A stretch of DNA of 63,580 nt, the filler included. It is 12 parts of 12 records of this genome, joined end to end, with 100 filler letters (N's around TTAATTAATTAA, not from the genome) between each part and the next. Parts side by side here need not be neighbours in the genome. Positions count along the whole stretch, not along the records: positions 31,975 to 37,245 come from SRR7504441_3286; positions 37,346 to 40,505 come from SRR7504441_3288; positions 40,606 to 43,664 come from SRR7504441_3289; positions 43,765 to 49,255 come from SRR7504441_3296; 8 more parts are not named here. The stretch is one strand, 5' to 3'. Positions within the stretch are counted from its first letter, which is position 1. Every line of letters starts with the position of its first letter. The notes beneath the pieces were generated by a model, which was not told where the DNA came from, did no database searches, and was given only the letters and a program-made list of their open reading frames with translations. Positions 33,971 to 44,000 of this stretch are shown in pieces. The translations under genes were made by a program, and so were the position numbers.

Positions 33971-34474
33971 ATGTACATGATTGTACTGATGACCGATCTG
34001 GTGATCGCCCGCTGCTATGAACGGTGCCGCGGCTCAGGGCGGGGCCAGATGCAGGAGCGCAGGAATGCAGAGGACAGGACGGATGCTGGTCCAATTATTA
34101 TGGTCCTGTGGCTGTTGATGAAGATAAGTTATTGCACTGTTTGCAATGGGAGTGGGCTGGTCTGCAGGGGGGGCAAGGCCGAAGCTGACACGGTTGCCTC
34201 TATTGCCACTGGTGTGACTGTCGCCGCTGTAGTCGCAGCTACAGTCGCCACTGGCGGCGCAGCTGCCGGTGCCCTTATCGGCGAAGGAGCTGCTGTTGTT
34301 GCTGCAGAAGCTGCTGCGGAAGCTGCTGTAGAAGCTGCTGTAGAAGGTCTTGGAGAAGCTGCTGTAGAAGCTGCTGCAGAAGCTGCTGCTCAAGCTGCTG
34401 CATTCCTGGTCTACTGTAGACCGGTCCAGGTAGGTGACTGGACCGGTCTAGGTGTATGCACACGGGGTGGCTAG
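33971..34474 (+). CDS. Hypothetical small protein with CxxCxGxG motif and Ala/Glu repeat tail
   Basis: CTVCNGSG, hydrophobic VAATVATGGAAAG and (A)AEAA/AVEAA repeats. Start and splicing are uncertain. Confidence 0.35.
   Translation: MYMIVLMTDLVIARCYERCRGSGRGQMQERRNAEDRTDAGPIIMVLWLLMKISYCTVCNGSGLVCRGGKAEADTVASIATGVTVAAVVAATVATGGAAAGALIGEGAAVVAAEAAAEAAVEAAVEGLGEAAVEAAAEAAAQAAAFLVYCRPVQVGDWTGLGVCTRGG
34287..34400 (+). repeat. Imperfect 12-bp tandem repeat (GAAGCTGCTGTA/GCA)
   Basis: Repeated GAAGCTGCTG units are directly visible. Confidence 0.8.
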
Positions 34475-34673
34475 TCATGAGCGAATGGGGTGTGCACGCA
34501 CACGGAAGTCGTAAGGAGCGGCCGCGCATGTGGACTTGTGAGTCATTGTACAATAGTGAGTAATTGATATGTATTGAATCTGATATGTATACGACCAAGT
34601 CCGCATGGATTCGATTAATGAGCGTTGTCCCCACACAAGAGGCACTCGAGCCGCAATCGTACATGCACTTTTA

Positions 34674-35961
34674 TCAATCCCACTCAGCAAGGCTAAGCTC
34701 CCGAACATACCGCTCCGCCTTTTCCAACAGAGCCTCGCCATACCTCTCATGGTCGAGCCGCCTCCAGAATCTATGCAAAGCCACAAAGCACAGCCACTCG
34801 TCGTCTGCTTGAATAGCAAACTGGCACAGCTCGTTGGCCCAAGGCCCGCACGAGTTCACCACGCGGATCCTGTCCTCCAAGCTGGCACTCTGCTCCATCG
34901 CAGCCGCAAACTCGCCCGGGTCCCACCCGCCCTGTTCAAACCTTCCCCGGAGCCGCGGGTCCTTGCCCTTGTGTGCCCAGATCCGCTCGGCCTGCCTCTC
35001 CCTCAGCTCAGCCGCCGCTGCCACGATCGCCGACCTGCAAGCACAACTCAGCGCAAGCTGGCTCCCCGCACCACCGCGGACTATCCGACCGAGCGCAGCG
35101 GGTCCAGAAGTTGACCGCCAGCGTTCCGGGCTCGCTCACCTGGCCTGCCTGGTCAGGCCAGCCCGGCTTCATTGGCACCACGTAATGCCACCAGCAGCTC
35201 GGGATGTGCAGACACTCGCCAGGCCCCACCGTCTCAACCCTGGGCTGGAGCAGACCCTCGTCCACCCGCCGGCGATACTCGGCGGCCGGCAGCGTGCAGT
35301 GGTTCGACCGCTTGCCAAACAGGCTGCCCAGGCCAGGCAGCTCTGTCTCCGGATGGTACAGATGCACGGTCTTGCTCCCGAATATCACGCACAAGCAGTT
35401 GTCCGGCTGGTCGTGGTGCAGCATGGCCACCGACTCGCGCGGATTGTACCACAGATTCACGTCAACCAGCTCCGCCTCGGTCACTGGGAACGGCCGCACC
35501 AGCGCGAGCACCGCCGGCTCTTGCCTGATCGAGTGCTGGCTCAAGTACAGTGCGTCCGGCCCGGCCTGCAGCAGGAACTGGCCGAACGACATCGGGGACG
35601 GCGGGGCCTTCCGGGCCATGTCGCCATAGTAAACTCCGTCCGCGTCCCTGGCCCGCCACGGCCGGACTGGAGTGGCCGGCGGCAGCACGTCGCCGATCGA
35701 GCTCCACCGGCTCATCGCGGGCCACGCGGCCAGCAGCCCGCTCAGCAGTGCCGGCTCGCCCCTCCGCTGCGCGGGACCGCTGCGGGCGGCCAGCGCCTCC
35801 AGCCAGCGCGCGGCCCGGAGGTCGTCGGGGTCCAGCCCGAGCCGCCGCAGCTGGGCCCGGCGGGGCTGCGGGTCGCAGCGAGCCTCGTGCTGGGCCACCC
35901 GGTCGAAGTCCCGGTGCTCAAACCCGCAGCCCTGGGCGCAGCCCCATACCGACTGGGCCAT
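34674..35961 (-). CDS. JmjC-domain (cupin_8) 2-oxoglutarate oxygenase with N-terminal C2HC-like finger
   Basis: WPAMSRWS, LYLSQ, VNLW, LHHDQPDNCLCVIFGSK, VGPGECLHIPSCWWHYV and LAVNFW (intact HxD...H). N-terminal CAQGC...VAQHEARC. One GT-AG intron near 35035-35074. Confidence 0.85.
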
Positions 35962-36041
35962 GCAGCCCGAGGCGGAGCTGACTACTGTAGAGCGGCCCGG
36001 ACTAACGGCAAAACGGGCAGTGAGCTCCGATGCGGGCGGGG

Positions 36042-37142
36042 ATGAGCGGGCTGGACATGATCGAGTCGGACCTGGCCTTCCTCGAGGGCTCGCCCGGCCA
36101 ATCGTGGACCAGCGCGCTCGCGGCCCAGACCCGGCTGCTCGGCTCCGGGGCCGCGGCGCTCCGGGTGAGCCGGCAGGGGCTCGGGTGCATGGGCTTCACG
36201 GCCTTCTACGGGGCACCAGTACCGGACGCACAGGCTGTGGAGGTGATGGTGCGAGCGGCCGAGCTGGGGGTGACGCACTTCGACACAGCCGAGGTGTACA
36301 CCGGCGAGCGGGACGGGCAGACGGTTTACAACGAGACCGTTGTGGGCGAGGCGGCCAGGCGGATCGGGCGGGATCGGCTCACCATCGCCACCAAGTACTT
36401 CCCAGCCTCGCACGGGGAGGCGATGACGCCCGAGATGACAGTCGCGGCCTGCCGGGAGAGCTGCGCCCGGCTGGGCGTTGACCAAGTGGATTTGTATTAC
36501 GTGCACCGGATCCACCCTTCAGTGCCAGTCGAGCAGCAGGCAGAGGCCATGCTCGCGGTAAAACAGGCCGGGCTGGCCAGACACATCGGCCTGTCCGAGT
36601 TCTCGCCGGCCAATCTGAGGCTGTTCCATTCGATCTGCCCAGTTACTTGTGTCCAGCAGGAATGGTCGCTCGTAAATCGGGACCTAGAGCCGGAGCTGCT
36701 TCCCTGCTGCCGGGAGCTCGGCGTCGGTGTGGTAGCCTATTCCCCGCTCTGTCGCTCGCTGCTTTCGGGGCTTGTATCCACTGCGGCCGAGCTGAGCGGA
36801 GGGTCGGCTGACATGCGGCCGAGCCGATACCCACGATTTGCGGAGGGCAACCTGGAGAAGAACGCCGAGCTGGTCCACGGGGTGCATGAGCTCGCGGGCA
36901 GGCACGGACTGACTCCGGCCCAGCTCTCGCTGGCCTGGGTGGAGAACCAAGGCGACGACGTGCTCGCGATCCCAGGCACCACCAAGATTGCCCACCTGGA
37001 GGACAACGCAGCGAGTCAGAGCGTCAGGCTCACACCGGCCGAACTCGAGATGATAGCCGCCGTAGTGGACCCGGACGCGTTTGTGGGCGATCGGTTTCCC
37101 GGGGGGAAGGACGCTGGGACGTTCCGGGCGCAGATGGGCTAG
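36042..37142 (+). CDS. Aldo-keto reductase (AKR13/IN2-2-like), intronless
   Basis: VSRQGLGCMG, HFDTAEVY, IATKY, DLYYVHRI, IGLSE, VAYSPL, TPAQLSLAWV and IPGTTKIAHLEDN. Confidence 0.95.
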   Translation: MSGLDMIESDLAFLEGSPGQSWTSALAAQTRLLGSGAAALRVSRQGLGCMGFTAFYGAPVPDAQAVEVMVRAAELGVTHFDTAEVYTGERDGQTVYNETVVGEAARRIGRDRLTIATKYFPASHGEAMTPEMTVAACRESCARLGVDQVDLYYVHRIHPSVPVEQQAEAMLAVKQAGLARHIGLSEFSPANLRLFHSICPVTCVQQEWSLVNRDLEPELLPCCRELGVGVVAYSPLCRSLLSGLVSTAAELSGGSADMRPSRYPRFAEGNLEKNAELVHGVHELAGRHGLTPAQLSLAWVENQGDDVLAIPGTTKIAHLEDNAASQSVRLTPAELEMIAAVVDPDAFVGDRFPGGKDAGTFRAQMG

Positions 37143-37369
37143 CCTGCTTTGTGGGGTAGTTCAATCATAAGCTAGGAGCTTGTGCTGTCAAGACTCCGAT
37201 TTAAATAATAGTACTTGTCAATCAATCAATCAATGGTCTGTATTGNNNNNNNNNNNNNNNNNNNNNNNNNNNNNNNNNNNNNNNNNNNNTTAATTAATTA
37301 ANNNNNNNNNNNNNNNNNNNNNNNNNNNNNNNNNNNNNNNNNNNNCGCCCGGCGCTCACCGGCCCGGCA

Positions 37370-37816
37370 GTGGCCATGGTGGGAGACACGCTGGACCAGC
37401 TAGTTGACGGTGCTACCGCTGTGGGGGCTATCGTCTCGACTCGCTGGGACCCCGAGGACTACCATCGTGCAAGAGCTCTGGTAGTGGATCACCGCTGGTG
37501 GGAAGCTGGGCACTGCCTGACACCAGATGGCGAGCCGCTCCCCGCTGGTTATTACTGGGAGTTGCAATGGATCAAGTTGGAGGGCGGGGCTGTCGTGTCT
37601 ACGTGGGTCGATTGCTCCGACTTTATTGATGCGCGAAGGTACGTCATCGAAGAATTGGGGGTTGATGCCGGGGCCAACACTGAGGAGACCCTCACCTCAG
37701 TGGCCCAGCGCCGGTGTGAGCTGATACGCAGAGTCAACAGCAATCAAATGACGAGGCACGCCAAGTTTGCTCAATTACGGTGCCTGTGCACCGCCAGGGT
37801 CGCACCTCCCCAGTAG
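37370..37816 (+). CDS. Hypothetical protein (probably a 3' fragment)
   Basis: Open frame near the contig edge with a Trp/Tyr-rich segment (YYWELQW...STWVD). No family recognised. Confidence 0.35.
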   Translation: MAMVGDTLDQLVDGATAVGAIVSTRWDPEDYHRARALVVDHRWWEAGHCLTPDGEPLPAGYYWELQWIKLEGGAVVSTWVDCSDFIDARRYVIEELGVDAGANTEETLTSVAQRRCELIRRVNSNQMTRHAKFAQLRCLCTARVAPPQ

Positions 37817-37869
37817 TAACGGACGCCAGCCGTCACCCGCCGACGCCAGCCGGTCACCGAGGCACAATC

Positions 37870-39376
37870 ATGCTGTCTCCGCGTCGGGTGTTGTCGCTAC
37901 TGGTCTGTCTGGTGGCCGGGCTGGCCTGGGCCTCGAAGCAGCCCAACATTCTGTTCATCCTGGCGGACGACATGGACGCGCTGCTCAACGGTTACGATCC
38001 GGCGACAGGAGTCGCTCACATGCGCCAGCTCAACAGCCGGGTGCGGGCCGAGGGGGCGCTGCTCACGCACTACTACCTCGCCTACCCGCTGTGCAGCCCG
38101 TCCCGCTCGACAATCCTGACCGGCCGCTTCCCGCACAACCACGGATTCACCAACAACGAAAGGCTGAACGTCTCGAACTTCCATCCGGTGCAGGAGCGGT
38201 CGGATGCCCAACCCTGGCCGGCTGAGCGGTGGGGCAGGGACACGGTGAATGTCTGGCTGAACAAGAGCGGCTACCACACGATGCTCTGCGGTAAGTACAT
38301 GAACGGGTACCACGGGAGCAACGACCCCCCCCACTACGCCTCCTATGTGCCGGATGGCTGGGGGGACTGGTTTGGGTTCCAGACCATCGATTTCTTCGGG
38401 ACCAGGGTCAACGTCAACGGCCGGAGCGTCAAGTACCCGGACGACGCGTACCAGACCGACATCATAGCCAACCTCTCGCTCAGCTGGCTGCAGCGCGGCT
38501 GGCAGCGTGAGAAGCCATTCTTCATGATGCTCACGCCGCACGCGCCGCACGCCCCGTACACGCCGGCCCCGCGCCACCTGGGCTCGCTCAAGGGGCTGGT
38601 CCAGCCGGCCGATCCTGCGTACAACGAGCCGCAGCGGGAGCAGTCCACGATGCCGGGCGCACTAGCCAACCTGAGCGAGTGCAACAGTGACAAAATGAAC
38701 TCTATCTACGAGCTTCGAGCCGAGGCGTTGCTGGCGATTGACGAGATGATCGGTCGGCTGCTCGACCAGCTCGAGGCGTTCGGGGTATTGGACAATACAT
38801 ACGGTGTGTGAGCCTAGCACTGCGTGACGCTCACGTTTGGTTACAGTGTTCTTCTCGAGTGACAATGGGTACCACCTTGGCCAGCACCGGCTGCCCCCGG
38901 GGAAGAGGACCTGGTTCGAGCACGACATCGACGTGCCGTTCATCGTGCGCGGGCCCGGGATCCGGCCGAACCAGACGCTTCACGACATTGTGGGCAACTA
39001 TGACTTGGCGGCCACGTGGGCCCAGATCGCTGGCGCGAGCCCGACCGAGGGCGCTCCCGTGATGGACGGCTTCTCTATGCTCCCGATGCTTGAACTGTCC
39101 GAGGCTGCCCAGGCCCGCAGCTACTCGCTCCAAGAAGGCTTCCAGAACGCGGAAGGGGTCAGGTGTTGTGGCCATTACAGCGGGCTGCGGATACGCCAGG
39201 CTGGCGAGGATGCGATGTACGTTGAGGTAGAGAGTGGTGCCAAGGCTTATTTCAACTCAACAGCCGATCCGTGGCAAACCACAAACATCTACGACAAGCT
39301 AGACGCCCAGACCAAGCAGCGGCTCGCCAGCAAGCTCGCGGGGGTCAAGTCTTGCGTGGGCAAAGCTTGTCCTTAA
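37870..39376 (+). CDS. Secreted sulfatase, N-acetylglucosamine-6-sulfatase (GNS)-like
   Basis: Signal peptide, PNILFILADD, FGly motif CSPSRSTILTGRFPHNHG, GKYMNGY, PHAPHAP, FSSDNGYHLGQHRL and FEHDIDVPFIVRGPGI. Introns at 38199-38237 and near 38804-38846. Confidence 0.92.
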
Positions 39377-39534
39377 CATTAGACCACACGGCATAATTAT
39401 AGGTTCACTTGGTACTCAGTTGGTACTTCCGTGCTTCTAATCGTCTCATGCTATAATTATTATACCGACCGGTAATGTTGATTCTAAAGATGAAGCAATT
39501 TTCAAGATAGAACAATCTCGAATTATGAATTCAA

Positions 39535-40505
39535 TTAACCGAGGCACTCTTCAATGAAGATTATTTGCTCTACTAGTTTACGATATCCCATGAGCTCCAA
39601 TCCCACCATGTTACACAAGTCCCGCTCGACCGCTTCTTCAGCTTCGTCCGTCATAGCGTCATCGCAACCTTCGTGCACCTGCTTCAAGTAGGTGTACATG
39701 TCTACAAACTTGTTGCCAAGCGCATCCATGCATCGTTTGCGCAACACTTGCGATCTCATATCCAAGTTGCCGCTGCTCTCACACGGCTCCTCGCTATCAC
39801 TGATCGACAACTCCTCCGAGTCCGAACTGATCACATCATCCGAATCCAACTCGTCCCCAGGCTCATCATACCCTCCGTGCTCGATCTTAAGCTGCTCAAT
39901 CCTAGCCGTCGATGCCATCAGCTGCTCCACGTACTCCTGCTCGAGCTGTTTCGCCCTCAGGCTCACCCCCGCCTCTGCCAGATCGTGCCCATACTGCACC
40001 TTTTTCCTCTCAGCCGCAATGTCATGATGTGCCGCGTTCTCAATTCGAGCCTCCTTTAGCTGGGCCTCGTACTGTCGCTGTTGCTGCAGCCGCTCCGCCT
40101 CCTTCTTCCGCAGCACCCGCTCCTTGGCCGACAGCGGCTCCGGCTCCTCAGGTGGGGCAGGTGCGCTGTTGTTCCCAGCTTTAGGGTACCGCGACGGCGG
40201 CAGCGGTAGCATTGACGGCTCGGTTGGCCGCTCAGGTGAGAGCTCCTCGTCTACCTGTGATCAGCGCGTGGGAGGGCTCGGTGTGGAGGGGCACCTGGTC
40301 GTCCATCTGGCTCAGCTTGCTCTGCAGGGCCTGGAGTGCCTCTAATCGGTTTTGGATCTCGAGCAGCTCTTTCCGTGCCCGGATGGCCGCCGCGGACTCC
40401 ATCACCGTCACCTTGTCCTCTGTCGCAGCTGTGACTGCAGATAAGCCTCCTGGGGCTGAAAACTTGTCCAGTTCACGAACCGCCTGCCACCGTGGCTCAA
40501 CTGTG
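39535..40505 (-). CDS. 3' part of coiled-coil protein with NEK-kinase-like C-terminal helical domain (cut by spacer)
   Basis: LRKRCMDALGNKFVDMYTYLKQVH...LVEQIIFIEE resembles NEK1/NEK11-type C-termini. No kinase domain is present in the fragment. Confidence 0.5.
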
Positions 40506-40605
40506 NNNNNNNNNNNNNNNNNNNNNNNNNNNNNNNNNNNNNNNNNNNNTTAATTAATTAANNNNNNNNNNNNNNNNNNNNNNNNNNNNNNNNNNNNNNN
40601 NNNNN

Positions 40606-41061
40606 GGACGCTCAAGCAAAAGATTAAACGTGAGCCCTGCTGTCGGACTTTCTGAGCCGGTGGACAGTCGCATTCGATATCATTGATTCTAACCAGAGCG
40701 GCTCGCTGGACCGCGAGGAGATGGCAGCCTTCCTCAAGTGCCTGATCCAGGTGCCCGGAGCTACCGGCTCTGCTGAGGCCTGGGCAGTCGGGTCCTGCGG
40801 CTGCAGGAAGCACGCTGGTGACAGATCAGCAGCTGAGTCAAATAGTAAACCAGGCAGCCTGCTGGGCGGGGGTGGTTGCTAGCCGTGGAGTACAGGCCTT
40901 CAGTGTGATAGACGTGAACAATGACCAAAAGATTGAGTTTGAAGAGTTCTCAAAGTGCCGAACTTTTAGCAAACTCGCAACCTCAATGGTTGACTGCCGT
41001 GCGTTGCAGGTGGGCTCAGACTGCCAACGCTGCCAACATGATCCAGGCTGCATTCTGCTAG
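40606..41061 (+). CDS. EF-hand calcium sensor, 3' fragment (calcineurin-B/NCS-like)
   Basis: Spliced KIKLAFDIIDSNQSGSLDREEM...AFSVIDVNNDQKIEFEEFSKW. Four short introns, including GC-AG at 40854-40895. Confidence 0.75.
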
Positions 41062-41421
41062 TAATCGAAACGCTGCGTACACGCGGGCTAATGTGCAGGC
41101 CCCACTTTTATTGAGATGATTGTATATCCGTTAAATCTGGCGCCAGTGTACATGTATTGGCTGATATCCGTTAAAATGGCCGTCCCTCGTTCATTGTGCA
41201 ACTTTCATTCATTCATTCATTCATCCATTCATTTAAATGCGAATTGCACCATATTTTGTGTGTATGGGGGGTTTAATTGGTCATGGTCACCGAAACCTAC
41301 ATATAATTATGATCTGATCCGGGCTCATGATGATTGCGCCTCTTGAGTGAACTAGTTAGTACTTGCAGAGTCGATCTATGTATCTATCTAGAGGTTGCTC
41401 ATCATCACCAGCAGCGATCGA

Positions 41422-43421
41422 CTAGGCTGCGGGCTGCTGGCTAACGCCGAGCACCGGCTGCGGCAGCCCATGGCCCAGCTCGAGGGACTCAGGGTGACTC
41501 TTGGCAAGCGGCTCTTGCCCCTCGTGCTCCCTGATCAGGTCCAGAGAGCCAGCCGACTGAGGCAGCGCAGTGGCTAGCCCCAGCGACTGCGGGGGGCTGG
41601 TTGCGGGCGGCTCTTGCCCCTCATGCTCCCTGATCAGGTCCAGAGACGGCGGATAGTGCGCGATAGGAGACGTGCGGCCTTTGGGCGGGAGCATCGAACC
41701 GGGCTCGCCTTCGTCATCCTCCGCCATAGACGGCAGCTGCTCAGCCAGTGCTTCTTGCAGCGAGTTGAACGAGAGACGGGTGGAGCTCCCCATCCGAAAC
41801 TGGGACCCGCCCCATCCGGGCCCGTCCAGAGAGTCGAGTGAGCCGAGCGACTGCGATGAGCCTGCCCCGAGCTCAGCACACCCAGGCTCGCCCGGCACCG
41901 CAGCGAGAGTGTGGCATCTCGATCATGGCGGTGTGCGGCCAGAGCGAGGAGCGGGTGAGCGCCCAGAGCTCGAACACGCGGAAGTCTAGCCGAACAGGCT
42001 GGTTGGTCCTGTAGAAGTCTAGTGTGCGCTTGATCCCCTCCTCGAGCGAAACGACTGGCTTGAACCCAAAGTCCTTTGTGGCCTTGGTGTGCTGGAAGTA
42101 GTGGTTCCGCGACATGTTGAACACCAGCTGCCGGGTGAGCTGGGCCGGCCAGTCAGCTTGGCCCGCCAATCGGCCGCACCTTGGGTTTAAACCGCACAAA
42201 GTAGTTGAGAAGCCCACCCACCTTCTCGAGCGCGAAAGCTGTGCTGTACGCCAGCTTGGTCCCGATCGCTTTATCCGGCGACGGGAAGCCCATCCCCCCG
42301 AGCACCCGCCTGCCCCAGCTGAGCTGCTGCGGAGCCAAGCTCGCGGACCTGAGGAATTCCCAGAAGGGCATCACCTCCCCATTAGTGATGAAGTACGCTT
42401 GTCCGCAGACCGGCGAGTCCTCAAACTGCGCCCAGCTCATGCAGGCCGGCCCGGGGCGCACCAGGTGTTCGGCCGCCAGCAAGTGCGCCAGGATCACGTT
42501 GTCGATGTACGTGAAGTCGACTACATTGGCGCCATCGCCAATCATGTGCGTCATCTCACCTTCCCTCGCCTGCAGCCCGGCCTCAATGGCCAGTCCGCCG
42601 TGCACGCGCCTTGTCTAAAATCTGCGGGACGAAGTGGTTGTCCCCTGGCCCGAATACCATCTCAGGCCTCAGCGCGCAAGTGTAGAAGCCCGGGCTGCTC
42701 TGGGAGCTCGCCGTGTTCGCTTCGAGCACAATCTGCCCCGGCGGCTCGGGCCCGCCCCGCCCTGGCCGCTCACCTGCTCTGCCGCCGCTTTGGTGGCCGC
42801 CGCGTGATCCAGGTGGCTGCTTGCGTACGGCAGGCTCTCATCGCCTGCCGCGCGCCCACTGAGCACCGACCCTGGGCCCAGCGATGCACCGCCGTGAATG
42901 TCGCTGCCGTCGACCACCACCGCCACCGAACTAGTGTAGACCAGCCCGCGTACCCGGTGCCTCCGGGCCGCCTCGAGCAGAGTCTGGGTGCCTTGCACGT
43001 TGATCGAGTGCAAGTTCTTGTAGTCGCCGTTCGGGTCTGACGAGCGCGCGGTGTGGAACACCAGCTCGGCCCCCGCACATACCCTGAGCCTGTTCAGTCC
43101 CCCGCCCCCCCGGGCCCCGCACCGATCGACCAGCTGGCTGTCGCGGATGTCGCCCCGGACATACTCGACCAACCCGCACTGGTGCCAGGCCGGGATGTCC
43201 GGCATCGGCTTGTGGTCGAGCACGAGAACCCGCTGCCCGCCCTTGCGGAGCGCCTCCACGATCTTACGCCCGACGAACCTGCGCGCCCCCGACTGAGAGC
43301 CCGGCCCCGCGGTTCGGTTCGAAGGGACACGCTAGCCGGGCGCGCGTCACCCCGAGCCGCCGGTGACAAGGTAGAGAGGGGGGTCGGCCAACAGGCCGGG
43401 GTCCTCGTCGGACGACTCCAT
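41422..43421 (-). CDS. 3-beta-hydroxysteroid dehydrogenase/decarboxylase (NSDHL/ERG26-like extended SDR) with low-complexity C-terminal extension, multi-exon
   Basis: YLVTGGSG|FVGRKIV, GDIRD, VFHTA, INVQGT, LVYTSSVAVV, IGDGANVVDFTYIDNVILAHLLAA, GQAYFITNGE and DFGFKPVVSLEEGIKRT. Confidence 0.82.
41508..41646. repeat. 40-bp direct repeat (41508-41547 and 41607-41646), 1 mismatch
   Basis: GCGGCTCTTGCCCCTC(G/A)TGCTCCCTGATCAGGTCCAGAGA occurs twice and encodes SLDLIREHEGQEP twice on the minus strand. Confidence 0.9.
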
Positions 43422-44000
43422 CAGGCCACCGCCGGGCTCTCACTCACGGCATGTTTTCGCGCCGCAGAAGCCCAGGGGCGCGGCACAGGGACAGAGTCGG
43501 CGGGCTCGAGGGGAGAGCTCAGCAGTTTTAGCGCATTTTGCTTTTCCGCGCGTTGAAGATTTACGGCGGTGGCAGACTGTTCTCTCGGCCGTGTAAAATA
43601 TCCCCGGACGATGGTCCATTCTATTAATAGAGCATTAACCCTGTACTTTTCAAATGGAATATATNNNNNNNNNNNNNNNNNNNNNNNNNNNNNNNNNNNN
43701 NNNNNNNNTTAATTAATTAANNNNNNNNNNNNNNNNNNNNNNNNNNNNNNNNNNNNNNNNNNNNCCTTCAATATGATAGCCATAGCAGGATGCGCAGGGC
43801 GATTAGCTTGGCCAAGCTGAGAGCCTAGCCCTGGGTGTACAGCGTCCACTGTGGCGTGTAGGATAATTGATTAACGGCTCACAATTTAAGCAAATCGAAT
43901 CTTTGTACGGTACATGTACCGCTATACCGTACCTGTGCAGTACTTACGCAATACAGTATGCAACTCACTCCCACACGGATGGAGTGCATACTCGCATGTG

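Noticed and set aside
34287..34400. CRISPR-like array
   Set aside because: Short tandem units with no unique spacers, no cas genes and a eukaryotic context.
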